Below, piece by piece: positions 25,201-35,103 of a stretch of 64,000 nucleotides of DNA (position 1 is the stretch's first letter; the number at the start of each line of letters is the position of its first letter). The stretch is from Azolla caroliniana (taxonomy: Eukaryota > Plantae > Polypodiophyta). The translations under genes were made by a program, and so were the position numbers. The notes under the pieces are model-generated. The model saw only the letters and a list, made by a program, of their open reading frames with translations, searched no databases and was not told the DNA's origin. The DNA lies in assembly GCA_043228905.1 (NCBI GenBank), contig JBHGNT010000018.1:11160001-11224000 (forward strand). Reading direction: 5' to 3'.

Positions 25201-25790
25201 GAGCTCATGTTCGGACAGAAGGTGATCATGCCGATGGAACAGACGATCTCCTCTTGGGCGACAGTGGACTGGAGAGACGAGATGAGCCGGGAAGAACTGC
25301 TAGCGGCGCGTATACGGCAACTCGAGCGGAGGCCAGAGGACGTGGAACGAGCGGCGGAGAGACTTCGGACGGCGAGGATGAGGAACAAAGCCCGGTTCGA
25401 TCGAACGCACTGGCTCCGACCAAAGAAAATCAAGGAAGGCGACTGGGTGCTAGTCTACGACAGCAACCTCGACAACCAGCACCGGGCAACACGGAAGTTT
25501 GCAAAGTGGTGGTTCGGGCCCTACGTGGTAATGAGCGCCAACGACAATGGGACGTATCACCTGGCGGAACTTGACGGTACGAGGATGGCGATACCGGTAG
25601 CAGGGAAGCGGATCAAAGCGTTCAAGAAGCACCACGACGGCGAACTGGATCTAAGAGGCCTGGACAGCGACAGCGAACAGTTCGAAACGGAGGATGAACC
25701 GATGGACGAAGAACTGGAACCTGGACCGGTTTTCTCCAACCAGAACCCAAATTTGGCGCATACCGGTGGATGTGCGGTTAGGTGGGGGTG
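22231..25790 (+). pseudogene. pol: pol of gypsy B: RT, RNase H, integrase with stops and frameshifts
   Basis: ORFs 22471-23154, 23254-23760, 23754-24194, 24219-24404 and 24391-25800 tile RT-RH-INT (GHRG, CERCQ, WMVD, VADRGE, NGKVER, WFGPY). Confidence 0.92.
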
Positions 25791-25792
25791 GA

Positions 25793-26448
25793 TGTCGTGA
25801 AGAAAACCGTCCCTTAGCGTAATCAGTGCATAGCGCGCGTGAACCGGCTCTTCACGCGTGCGCGCCCTTTAATGTATATAATAGAGAATTAGGTACAAAG
25901 GTATATCCTAGGTAGCTAGATTCGGTAGGTAGGAAGTTAATGAGGGAAACGACTCCCTTCTTGAAGCTATAAAAGAGAGGGAGATGCGGGGAGAAGAGGG
26001 CATTATTATTTATTGAGGAGGACGAGGTGTTGTCGGACCGAAACCGAATGCTTCTCCTCTGTTCGTTCTCCATCGCTCTTCTCTACAGGTTTTCGGGAGG
26101 CTCGCGCTGTTTCGAGGAACGCCTGTGTGCTTCTGGCAGCACCTCCATCCTATCCCCTTTCGTGCGCAGACGAGCAGGCATCGGCATCTGTTCGCCGGCC
26201 TGTTCGGTTGTAACCGCTCGCGTGCTCTATTATTTATTTGTCATTCATTAATATACAAACATTCGTGTCTCTCTGTCTCTGTGTCCATTCGTGTCTTCTG
26301 CGTTGACAGGGCCGTGTCCCTGTGTTTCTTTGCTCATACGTAACCGAGAGTCTCTCTCTTTCTCTTTCCCCTTCTATCACATGCTCTTTGGTTCAAGACC
26401 CCGGTGGTCCCGCCTCGTTTCTCCATGCACGCGCGTAGTAACGCGACA
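25793..26448 (+). repeat. 3' LTR of gypsy B
   Basis: TGTCGTGAAG...ACGCGACA; matches 12846 onward. Confidence 0.93.
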
Positions 26449-26460
26449 ACGCGTCGCCGA

Positions 26461-28543
26461 TGTCGTGAAGATTTTTGGCAATGGTGTGAAAATCACATAA
26501 AACGTACAAAATCGAGTATGAATCACATAAAATAATAATAGTGAAGTATCTAAGTACAAAATGATGGAGGTCTTCAAGAGCTTTCGAATGCACTTTATTA
26601 CATGAGAAACGAACAAGTAGATGTCAAGATATGAGGGTATAAAGTTTGTGAAAGGAAAAGAGAAAACTGTGAGATATCCCACATAGGCACGACAAATACG
26701 GCTCTCATCATGACTATTACCCTATGCCTTGTGGGCCGATAGAATGACACACAACTCAGTGACAGGGTATATGCCGACGGAGCTTATGTATGGACAAAAG
26801 CCTCATGGGTAGTGATACCGTGGGAGAACGAGATGAGCCGAGAAGAGTTATTAGCGGCACAGATAAGGCAACTTGAAAGAAGACCTGAAGATCTAGAAAA
26901 AGCGTGAAAGATGATGGAGGCAGCCCGAGTAAAGAACAAAGTTCGGTTCGACAACACGCATCGACTTCGTCCAAAGAAGATTGAAGAAGGAGATTGGGTG
27001 TTGGTTTACGACAACAGCCTTGACAATCAACACAGTACAACAAGGAAGTTCGCTAGAAGATGGTTCGGGCCATATGTGGTGACAAGTGCCAACGCTAATG
27101 CCACATACCACCTTGCAGAGCTAGACGGATCAAGGTTGGCCGTACCCATTGCGGGAAAAAGAGTAAAGATTTTCAAGAAAAGACAAGACGAGGATCCTGA
27201 CCTCGATCACCTCGACGATGAACATAATAGGACGGATGTAAATGAAGACATGGAGGAATCTAATTGATCACCGTAGCCGAAATCTCACTTTCTCTCTTCT
27301 TGGCACGTACCGGAGGACGTGCGGTTGGTGGGGGTGGATGTCGTGAAAATTTTCGGCAATGGTGTGAAAATCACATAAAACGTACAAAATCTAGTATGAA
27401 TCACATAAAAAAATAATAGTGACGTATCCAAGTACAAAATGATGGAGGTCTTCAAGAGCTTTCGAATGCACTTTATTACACGAGAAACGGACAACTAGAT
27501 GTCAAGATATGAGGGTATAAAGTTTGTGAAAGGAAAAGAGAAAACTGTGAGATATCCCACATAGGCACGACAAATACGGCTCTCATCATATATAAGGTAG
27601 AGCAAAAGCTATTATCTTTGTGTCTATGTGTGGAGCATAGAGAGTTCAAGGTAACTTGAACTAAGAGTGGAGGTGGCCTAGCTACTCGTAAAGGGTTTTG
27701 GCCAACCAAAACCGGACCGGCGGCAGCCGGCAAAGCGACGGTGGCATCCGGCGAGGGCGAGGTGATGGCATCCGGCGGCCACCGGTAACCAGCGACATCC
27801 GGCAGCGCGGCGGCAACCTGCATCCGACGGAAGCCACTAGTAACCGGCAGTGCACCGGCATCCGACGGCAACCGACGAGGCGGTGGCATCGGGCGCCGAC
27901 ATCCGATGGCATCCGGCGAACCGGCGTCCGACGACTAGATAAATAAATATATAAATATATAAATATATATACACACACATATATATATATACATATACAT
28001 ATACAAGGAGGGCAAGTAAAGATTCAAACCTTGCACCTCCAAGTTAGGAGTCAATTGGCCTACCACGAAGCCATGACATTTAGTTGAATTTATATTTCTA
28101 TCATTGTACTTTTACATGTAAATTCTCATACATGAGAGCTAAAATGAGTGACATGGTTATCATGCACCATAGTAATACATGAGCGCCAAATGGCAAACAT
28201 GCATTTTATGCATGTCTTGTACCCTCACATGCATCATATGCATGAGAGCATCTATAAAAGAAGGGATGAAAAAGAAGAAGGGTTAGGTTTTTTTTTGGTT
28301 ATGAAATTAAGAAGAAGAAAATTTGTTGTCGAATTGATCGTGTAACTTGTTTCTTAAATCTAAAGATAAAATTTCAATCAATCTCTCTCAATCGAAAGTC
28401 AAGCATTTAATCTCAACTTCTCTCTTTCCCAATCTATCTTAAATATTTCCTCACTAAAGCTTGTACCGACTTCGAATCCTTCCAGTCCAGAACCCCGGCG
28501 GTTCCGCCTCGCAATCCGTGCTTAGTGACGGATCTTCACGACA
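26461..28543 (+). mobile_element. Ty3/gypsy copy D (tRNA-Trp family, AT-rich LTR variant), large internal deletion
   Basis: Truncated 5' LTR 26461-26711 fused to the integrase C-terminus (26712-27267), PPT, full 3' LTR 27339-28543, TSD CCGA/CCGC, 12-bp terminal inverted repeat TGTCGTGAAGAT/ATCTTCACGACA. Confidence 0.88.
27339..28543 (+). repeat. 3' LTR of gypsy D (1.2 kb) containing a GC-rich GGCATCCGGCG-type repeat block (27713-27935) and a TA/CA microsatellite (27945-28005)
   Basis: First 250 bp duplicate 26461-26711; TATAAAAG at 28253; ends CACGACA. Confidence 0.85.
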
Positions 28544-28964
28544 CCGCGCGTATCGTCCACCCATGCTTGGTGTTGATCTGCCATTTACCCTTCTTGTAGA
28601 AATCCATCGACATCAGGTTGATTTCGGATCCATGGTCTACCAAGGCCACCACCGGTTCCGAAACGTCGCCGATCCACACAGGGGTTTCCGTAGTTGCCCT
28701 GGTCCAATGCGGCTTGGCGTAGTGGCTTTCCGCCAACTCGTATTCTAGGGCCGTGTCTTCTAAGTGCGTAGTCCGCACCTCCACCGGCTTCTCCGGTTCC
28801 GGCTCTGTTGAGAGCCTCTTCTGCTTCACCAAGTCTACGATGGAGTCGTGGAACTCCCTCTTGGCGATTCCTAGCACCTCCCGCAACGACAACTCCACTT
28901 TACTGTCGAGGATCCGCTCTTCAAGGACCTTCCGTAGGTCCGTTGCTCTCTCAATTTCGGTGGT
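28544..28964 (-). pseudogene. gag: Gypsy A gag-protease fragment between D and E
   Basis: TEIERATDLRKVLEERIL...ALVDHGSEINLM...GWTIRA; joins 38368 and 26460. Confidence 0.88.
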
Positions 28965-29422
28965 TGTTACCCGAACCCGGACAGTCAGTTTTACCGAACA
29001 AGTGGGAAAGCGTCGAAAACGGAGTCGGTTCGGATCGACTGTTCGGATCAATGACTCAGCAGTAAACGAAGAGAACTAAGTTAGTTAGATAATTTTGTAA
29101 TTCTTGATAGTAAGTAGGAATAGTTCTTGATGAGAAAAGACCTTCGGTATACCTATAAAAGGGAACCGAAGGCATTGTAAGAAAGGTCGTTTTATTTAGT
29201 AATATAAGTTTAAGTTAGGAATATCCTGTACGAATTCTGTGTTCTTTCTATTGTCTATGTTCTTAAGTGCAAGTTTTCCTAATTTATAACTAAGTAACGA
29301 TCACGGTAATTACCGATTAATATAGTATAATTCCGTTCGTAAAACACAATTCCTTGTTAGAACGTTGAGTAGCAACGTTCACTCTTCTGTATCGGTAGTA
29401 GTTAGTAATTAGCCGATTAACA
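28965..29422 (+). repeat. 5' LTR of element E
   Basis: TGTTA...TAACA termini; TATAAAA at 29154. Confidence 0.95.
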
Positions 29423-29433
29423 CAGAAGAATTT

Positions 29434-29446
29434 TGGCACGCCCGGT
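29434..29446 (+). promoter_or_regulatory. Primer binding site, probably tRNA-Arg
   Basis: TGGCACGCCCGGT, 11 nt after the LTR; resembles the TGGCACGCCC tRNA-Arg PBS of Tat-like elements. Confidence 0.7.
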
Positions 29447-29481
29447 TACATCTGCAATTAAGCAGAGAACAAATCGAATGG

Positions 29482-32400
29482 ATGTCGTATGAAGAGGAGT
29501 CACCGGTCAGTTGTAAGCGCCCTCATACAAGGTCAGTTACGAAGGTAGTGCAGCAAGCGTTCATTGCGCAAGAACAGCCGGAATCAAGCACAAAGTGGTC
29601 GAAACTTCCTGACTTATCCGATCAAGTACCTTCAGACGAAAAACAGATGGAAGAGGTATCATTTTACGACATTTGGGACGATATGCCTTATACTTATTCT
29701 AAGTTCCGGGAAGGAACAGATGCGGAAGCACATGTTAGGGATTTCTTAACGACATGGGAGATTAACCATGGAGCTCAACGATTGTCGGCAGATGCCGAAG
29801 ATAAGTCAAAAATCGCTGAGTTCGTCTTATCATTAGACGGATATTCCGCCAATTGGTTTGCGCAGAACGGTCTTCAAGGATTTCCATCCTTTGAAGTGTT
29901 AACTAGTAAATTTTTACAATTATTTCATCAACAAATTCTGCAGAAGGATTTGATTGCGCAATTTTATGCGTTATATCAAGAAAAAAATGAAACAGTATCT
30001 CAGTTTGTGATACGATTTCAGAACTTACAGCTTCAGATTTCAAGGCCGATTCCGGATAAGGAATTAAAAGAAGTCTTTCTAGAAGCTGTAAAAGAACCAT
30101 TAAGGACGACATTGAAAGTGTTCGATTTTCGAAATCAGACTATCGAACAAGTAATTGATAAAGCAATAGAAATGGGGGGACCACCGGTCAATGTTCAGAG
30201 TATGGACATTTCGGCATTACACCGTACATTACCAACAATAGAGGAGTTACAATTTCGACAAGCAGTTCAATGCACCACTTGTTTAAATACGGGGCATTCG
30301 ACAATTGAATGTACGTTAAGAACACATTGTACAATATGTCATTCAAAATTACATTCAGTAGAACAATGTGAATATAATCTGCTTAATAAGACTACGGCGT
30401 CAGTACGACAAATTTTTACTGACAATGGTTACCAAAATAACACTAATCTGTTCAATGGTTATCTAAATAATAATTTTTCACAAAATCAGCAAAATGTACA
30501 ACAGAATCCGGTTCTACAGCCAAATCAGATCTTTTCACAACAAAATATGCAACCCACTCAAGTGACTCAAGCATTTCAACCAGGTTTTGCTCAATCCAAC
30601 CCACCATTCGTACAGAATCCGAATCAATATTTTCAACAAAATAATCAAAGTTTCCAACAAGGTAACCCACCATTTCAAGGGTTTCAACAGAACTGTCCGA
30701 ATGTGCAACCGAATTCTACATTTCAACCAAATCCGGCATTTCAACCGGGTAATATGACCTTTCAACATAATACTCAAACCGTTCCACAAAATAATCAAAT
30801 GTTTCAACAGAGTAATTTTCCGCCAAATCAGGAGTTCGGGATACCACACAATGTAGCACAACCAAATGATAATACTGAACAATTTAGGCAGAATCGGTAT
30901 AAAAACAAGAGATTTTACAAACCAAAAGCTACACGTCAATACCAACAAAACCCGAGTGGTAATGAAGAGCAGCAATTTAATAACGGCCAATTTGCACATG
31001 GAGAGACCAGTGCAACATTTGTACCCACTTGTTATATTTGTCGACAACTAGGCCATTATGCTAATCAATGTCCGGTTAAAGGAAAGGGTCCAGCAGTTAA
31101 TATGGTAATACCGGAAGTTCAGCAAGTAACGACACGCAGCAAAAGCAAACAATCAGAGTGGGAAATTCAGGAAGAAGTTCGGAAGGCGGCAAAAGAATGG
31201 GTGGACGAAGCAAATCAAAGTAATGTGAATCGAATGTTACAAGACAATAACATTGACCAGGACATCGCTGTACAACAGTCATTGGGGAATAAGGAACAGG
31301 AAGAAACTTGGAAACTGTTGGCTGATTGCCAAGTGTCATTGCCACTTACGGGCTTACTTAAGTTAGTACCAAGGTTTACAGAAAAAGTGGCAGCATTAAT
31401 TGCATATAAAGGTTCCGAACAAATAGCAGTACACTACAATCAGCCAAGTAATAACCCTTCGATCATGGATGAACAGAATCCGTCGATTAAGGTAATACTT
31501 TACGGGCAAGAAATCGGAAATGTGATTATAGATGGAGGCTCGGGTGTTAATGTGATTAACAAAACTACATGTGAAAAACTGGGAATCACGGAATGGGAAG
31601 CATGTCCGTTTTGGTTACGAATGGCAGATACAAGTACGGTACGACCGATTGGTTTGCATCGACAACTGGATGTAATAATCGGGGGACACAATTTTCAGAT
31701 TTCGGCAGTAATTTTGCAGTTAGAAACACATGGAGCATACCCCTTGTTATTGGGGAGACCATGGTTAAAGACAGCTAATATTAAACAAAATTGGAAACAA
31801 AATGTGCTAACATTTAGGAAAGGAAAAACTAAGGTCAGGATTCCGACGCACAACAAAGTGACAACAAGCAAACAGAGTTTACCTGTACATGCAGAAGCAG
31901 TTAATATGATGGAAGGATTGGACGAGGAAGAAGAAAGTCAGTATTTCAATGATAATCAGAAAATCATCCCTCTATTTGAGGTAGATATTTTGCAAGCATT
32001 AACACCATATGTAGACTCACACGAAGAAGTGCCAATAGATGAGCAAACAATGAAAGAAATACGAATGCAACAAGAAGCTACAGATAAGGAAATGAAGGTA
32101 TCTCAGAGAGTGCAAGCCTCAGCATTGGAGGAGATCGATTTGGCAGGAGTACAGGATGCTGAAAGAAAAACAGTCTTGATTGCTAGAGATTTGGCGGAAA
32201 ATGACAAACGGACATTAACAACATTACTATTACAATATAAAGATGTTTTTGCATGGTCGTTTGACGATATGAAAGGTCTGGATCCCGCTTTTTGTCAACA
32301 TCAAATCAATTTGCATAAAGATGCAAAGCCAGTACAACAACGCAGGTACAGGTTGAATCCGAATTATGCTATCAAAGTAAAAGAAGAAATCGATAAACTC

Positions 32401-34974
32401 TTAAAAGTAGGATTTATTCGACCCGTCAAAAAATCAACATGGCTAAGTCCGATAGTAGTAGTCCCGAAAAAGAATGGGAAAATTTGCGTATGTGTGGATT
32501 ACAGAAAATTGAATGCAGCGACAATTACAGATGCGTTTCCGTTGCCATTCACAGATGGGGTATTAGATGCAGTAGCGGGACATGAAATTTATAGTTTCTT
32601 GGATGGGTTAAGTGGGTACAACCAAGTACGGATGAATCCGGAAGATCAGGAAAAAACAGCTTTCGTCACAGAATGGGGTGTCTTTGTGGCAGTAGTAATG
32701 ATGTTCGGTTTAAAAACAGCTCCAGCTACGTTTCAGCGGGTAATACAGGAAATATTCGGGGAATATATTCCAGCTTTCATGCAGGTGTTTTTAGATGACG
32801 TTGCGGTATATAGTCGGAAAGCTGATCATTTTGAGCATTTACGGCTATGTTTAGAAAAATGTCGAAAAGGGCGTCTTAGCTTAAATCTAGCCAAATGCGC
32901 ATTCGGAGTAATGAGTGGTACGTTACTTGGGCATATTGTCAGTCAAGAAGGGATTGCAGTGGACCCAGACAAAGTTAAAGCAATTATTGAGGCAACACCA
33001 CCAACAAATGCTAAAGCTCTAAGTAGATTTTTGGGTCAAATTCGGTGGCACAGTAGAATGATGAGATATCTAGCAGACATTGCTATTCCGTTACACACAG
33101 CAGTACACAAAGTTCCTTTTATATGGACAAGTATAGAACAAGATGCATACGAATGTCTCAAGAAGATGCTGACAAAGGTTCCGGTAGTTCAACCACCGGA
33201 CTGGAACAAACCATTTCATGTTTTCGTCGATGCGTTGGACATTGCCATAGGCAGTGCTTTAATGCAATTATCCGAACCAAACTGGTATAGGCCGGTATAC
33301 TATGCCAGTAGGAAACTTTCGTCGGCCGAAAGAAACTATTCAACAACCGAAAGAGAAGCTTTGGGAATGATATATAGTGTGAACAAATTTCGACATTACC
33401 TTTTGGGTAAGAAATTTACATTTCATGTGGATCATTCGGCTCTACTGTATCTAGTTTCCAAACAAGAATTGACAGGCAAGTTAGCCAGATGGACATTATT
33501 GCTTCAAGAGTTTGAATTCGACATTATACATCGACCAGGAGCACAGCACGCGATTGCTGACTATCTCAGTCGGCTTGAGTCTGGAGAAGAAGCGGTTGGG
33601 GTTAAAGATGATTTTCTAGATACTCAATTATTTCGGGTTCAGGCAGTAAAAGCACAAGAAGTGAATGAGGAAAAAGAGGATGAATGGATTTCCGAAATGA
33701 CGATATTTCTATCAACAAGAATTCCTGCCGAACACATGTCGACAGATGAAAGAAAAAGAATTGCAGTACAAAGTCGAAATTTTTGTTTGTTTAATGACAT
33801 GTTGTATCATAAAGGAGCGGATGGAATATGGCGAAGGGCAGTACGGAAATTTGAAAAATCAGCCATATTAACAGAGTCACATTGTGGAATTGCTGGCGGT
33901 CATTACGCAGGAGAAGCAACAGCCAGAAAAATATGGAATAGCGGGTTATGGTGGCCAACGGTGATGAAAGATGCTAACGAATACTGTAAGAAATGCGATT
34001 TGTGTCAAAGAATGGGGCAACCGACCGAAAAGGATCGAATGCCTTTTCAACCGGTTTTACCTCTTGAGCCATTTCAGAAATGGGGCTTAGATTTTGTTGG
34101 CCCATTCAAACCAACAGCTGCAAGAACCGGTAATCGATATATCATAATTGCGACTGACTATTGCACAAAATGGGTTGAAGCAAAAGCTCTCAGGGACAAT
34201 ACAGCAGCATCCACAGCAAAATTCCTGTATGAAAATATATGGTGTCGATTCGGTTGCCCAATAGAATTGGTAAGCGATCAAGGCACTCATTTTATTAACA
34301 AGTTAATTAACGAATTAACCAATTACTATGCCGTAGTTCATAAGAAAAGTACGCCTTACTATCCCCAAGCTAATGGATTGGCAGAATCGACAAATAAAAC
34401 AATTCAAACAATTTTAAAGAAGATAGTGAATGAAAATCGTACTGATTGGGATCAAAAGTTAAATAGTGCATTATGGGCATATCGTACTTCGTACAAAACA
34501 TCCATTAAATCAACACCTTTCCGAATGGCATTCGGACTTGAAGCCGTTATGCCGATCGAATTTCAAATTCCGACACTTCGTATCCAAGCGACGAATAAGT
34601 TAAATGAAATAGAATCGGAGCAGATACGCAAAGAAGCTTTATTAGTATTAGAAGAAGCACGGATTCAATCAATGTCAGCACTAGAACACAAGCAGAGACA
34701 AATCAAGGCATTCGTAAATCGACATCGAAGGAAATCGGAAGAGCAATTCGGAATTGGGAAACCGGTATTGGTATTCCAGACGAGAATGGGACTTATGCCT
34801 GGGAAACTCCGGTATAGATGGACAGGTCTAGTATGGATAATTAATAGTAAAAATGGTACGTATCAGCTGGGATCATTAACCGGAGAGGTTTTACCGAAAT
34901 GGGTAAATGGATTCCGGCTTAAACCGTATTTGGGAGATATGCCGGTAAATCCGTTTATTCAAACGGAAGAGTAA
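29482..34974 (+). CDS. gag-pol: Gag-Pol polyprotein (1830 aa): Gag with three Cys/His knuckles and a Q/N-rich region, protease, RT, RNase H, integrase
   Basis: Uninterrupted ORF; CTTCLNTGHSTIEC, CTICHSKLHSVEQC, CYICRQLGHYANQC; IIDGGSGVN; CVDYRKLN, FLDD; RNYSTTEREAL; GGHYAG, CDLCQR, WGLDFVGP, SDQGTHF, PQANGLAE. Confidence 0.96.
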   Translation: MSYEEESPVSCKRPHTRSVTKVVQQAFIAQEQPESSTKWSKLPDLSDQVPSDEKQMEEVSFYDIWDDMPYTYSKFREGTDAEAHVRDFLTTWEINHGAQRLSADAEDKSKIAEFVLSLDGYSANWFAQNGLQGFPSFEVLTSKFLQLFHQQILQKDLIAQFYALYQEKNETVSQFVIRFQNLQLQISRPIPDKELKEVFLEAVKEPLRTTLKVFDFRNQTIEQVIDKAIEMGGPPVNVQSMDISALHRTLPTIEELQFRQAVQCTTCLNTGHSTIECTLRTHCTICHSKLHSVEQCEYNLLNKTTASVRQIFTDNGYQNNTNLFNGYLNNNFSQNQQNVQQNPVLQPNQIFSQQNMQPTQVTQAFQPGFAQSNPPFVQNPNQYFQQNNQSFQQGNPPFQGFQQNCPNVQPNSTFQPNPAFQPGNMTFQHNTQTVPQNNQMFQQSNFPPNQEFGIPHNVAQPNDNTEQFRQNRYKNKRFYKPKATRQYQQNPSGNEEQQFNNGQFAHGETSATFVPTCYICRQLGHYANQCPVKGKGPAVNMVIPEVQQVTTRSKSKQSEWEIQEEVRKAAKEWVDEANQSNVNRMLQDNNIDQDIAVQQSLGNKEQEETWKLLADCQVSLPLTGLLKLVPRFTEKVAALIAYKGSEQIAVHYNQPSNNPSIMDEQNPSIKVILYGQEIGNVIIDGGSGVNVINKTTCEKLGITEWEACPFWLRMADTSTVRPIGLHRQLDVIIGGHNFQISAVILQLETHGAYPLLLGRPWLKTANIKQNWKQNVLTFRKGKTKVRIPTHNKVTTSKQSLPVHAEAVNMMEGLDEEEESQYFNDNQKIIPLFEVDILQALTPYVDSHEEVPIDEQTMKEIRMQQEATDKEMKVSQRVQASALEEIDLAGVQDAERKTVLIARDLAENDKRTLTTLLLQYKDVFAWSFDDMKGLDPAFCQHQINLHKDAKPVQQRRYRLNPNYAIKVKEEIDKLLKVGFIRPVKKSTWLSPIVVVPKKNGKICVCVDYRKLNAATITDAFPLPFTDGVLDAVAGHEIYSFLDGLSGYNQVRMNPEDQEKTAFVTEWGVFVAVVMMFGLKTAPATFQRVIQEIFGEYIPAFMQVFLDDVAVYSRKADHFEHLRLCLEKCRKGRLSLNLAKCAFGVMSGTLLGHIVSQEGIAVDPDKVKAIIEATPPTNAKALSRFLGQIRWHSRMMRYLADIAIPLHTAVHKVPFIWTSIEQDAYECLKKMLTKVPVVQPPDWNKPFHVFVDALDIAIGSALMQLSEPNWYRPVYYASRKLSSAERNYSTTEREALGMIYSVNKFRHYLLGKKFTFHVDHSALLYLVSKQELTGKLARWTLLLQEFEFDIIHRPGAQHAIADYLSRLESGEEAVGVKDDFLDTQLFRVQAVKAQEVNEEKEDEWISEMTIFLSTRIPAEHMSTDERKRIAVQSRNFCLFNDMLYHKGADGIWRRAVRKFEKSAILTESHCGIAGGHYAGEATARKIWNSGLWWPTVMKDANEYCKKCDLCQRMGQPTEKDRMPFQPVLPLEPFQKWGLDFVGPFKPTAARTGNRYIIIATDYCTKWVEAKALRDNTAASTAKFLYENIWCRFGCPIELVSDQGTHFINKLINELTNYYAVVHKKSTPYYPQANGLAESTNKTIQTILKKIVNENRTDWDQKLNSALWAYRTSYKTSIKSTPFRMAFGLEAVMPIEFQIPTLRIQATNKLNEIESEQIRKEALLVLEEARIQSMSALEHKQRQIKAFVNRHRRKSEEQFGIGKPVLVFQTRMGLMPGKLRYRWTGLVWIINSKNGTYQLGSLTGEVLPKWVNGFRLKPYLGDMPVNPFIQTEE

Positions 34975-35103
34975 AAAAAAGAAAAAAAAAGAAAAAAGAA
35001 AAAAGAAGCTAACTAACTAACTCACTCAATAGTTCTTGTCAAATGCAGAAATACAATCTTGCCATAACAGTCTGAATCGACTATAAATAGAAAGAGGAAT
35101 TGC

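Larger units (their letters stand above)
12846..26448 (+). mobile_element. Ty3/gypsy copy B (tRNA-Trp family) inserted in A protease; contains a solo LTR and copy C
   Basis: LTRs 12846-14461 (expanded) and 25793-26448, perfect TSD ACGC/ACGC, PBS 14466-14483, G-rich PPT GGTTAGGTGGGGGTGGA before 25793. Confidence 0.93.

Noticed and set aside
25600-25800. Chromodomain at the integrase C-terminus (also checked at 34750-34974)
   Set aside because: After the GPY/F-like motif there is only a short tail, with no chromodomain pattern.
27476-27978. Pro/Arg-rich ORFs in the D LTR
   Set aside because: By-product of a GC-rich short-repeat block lacking stop codons.
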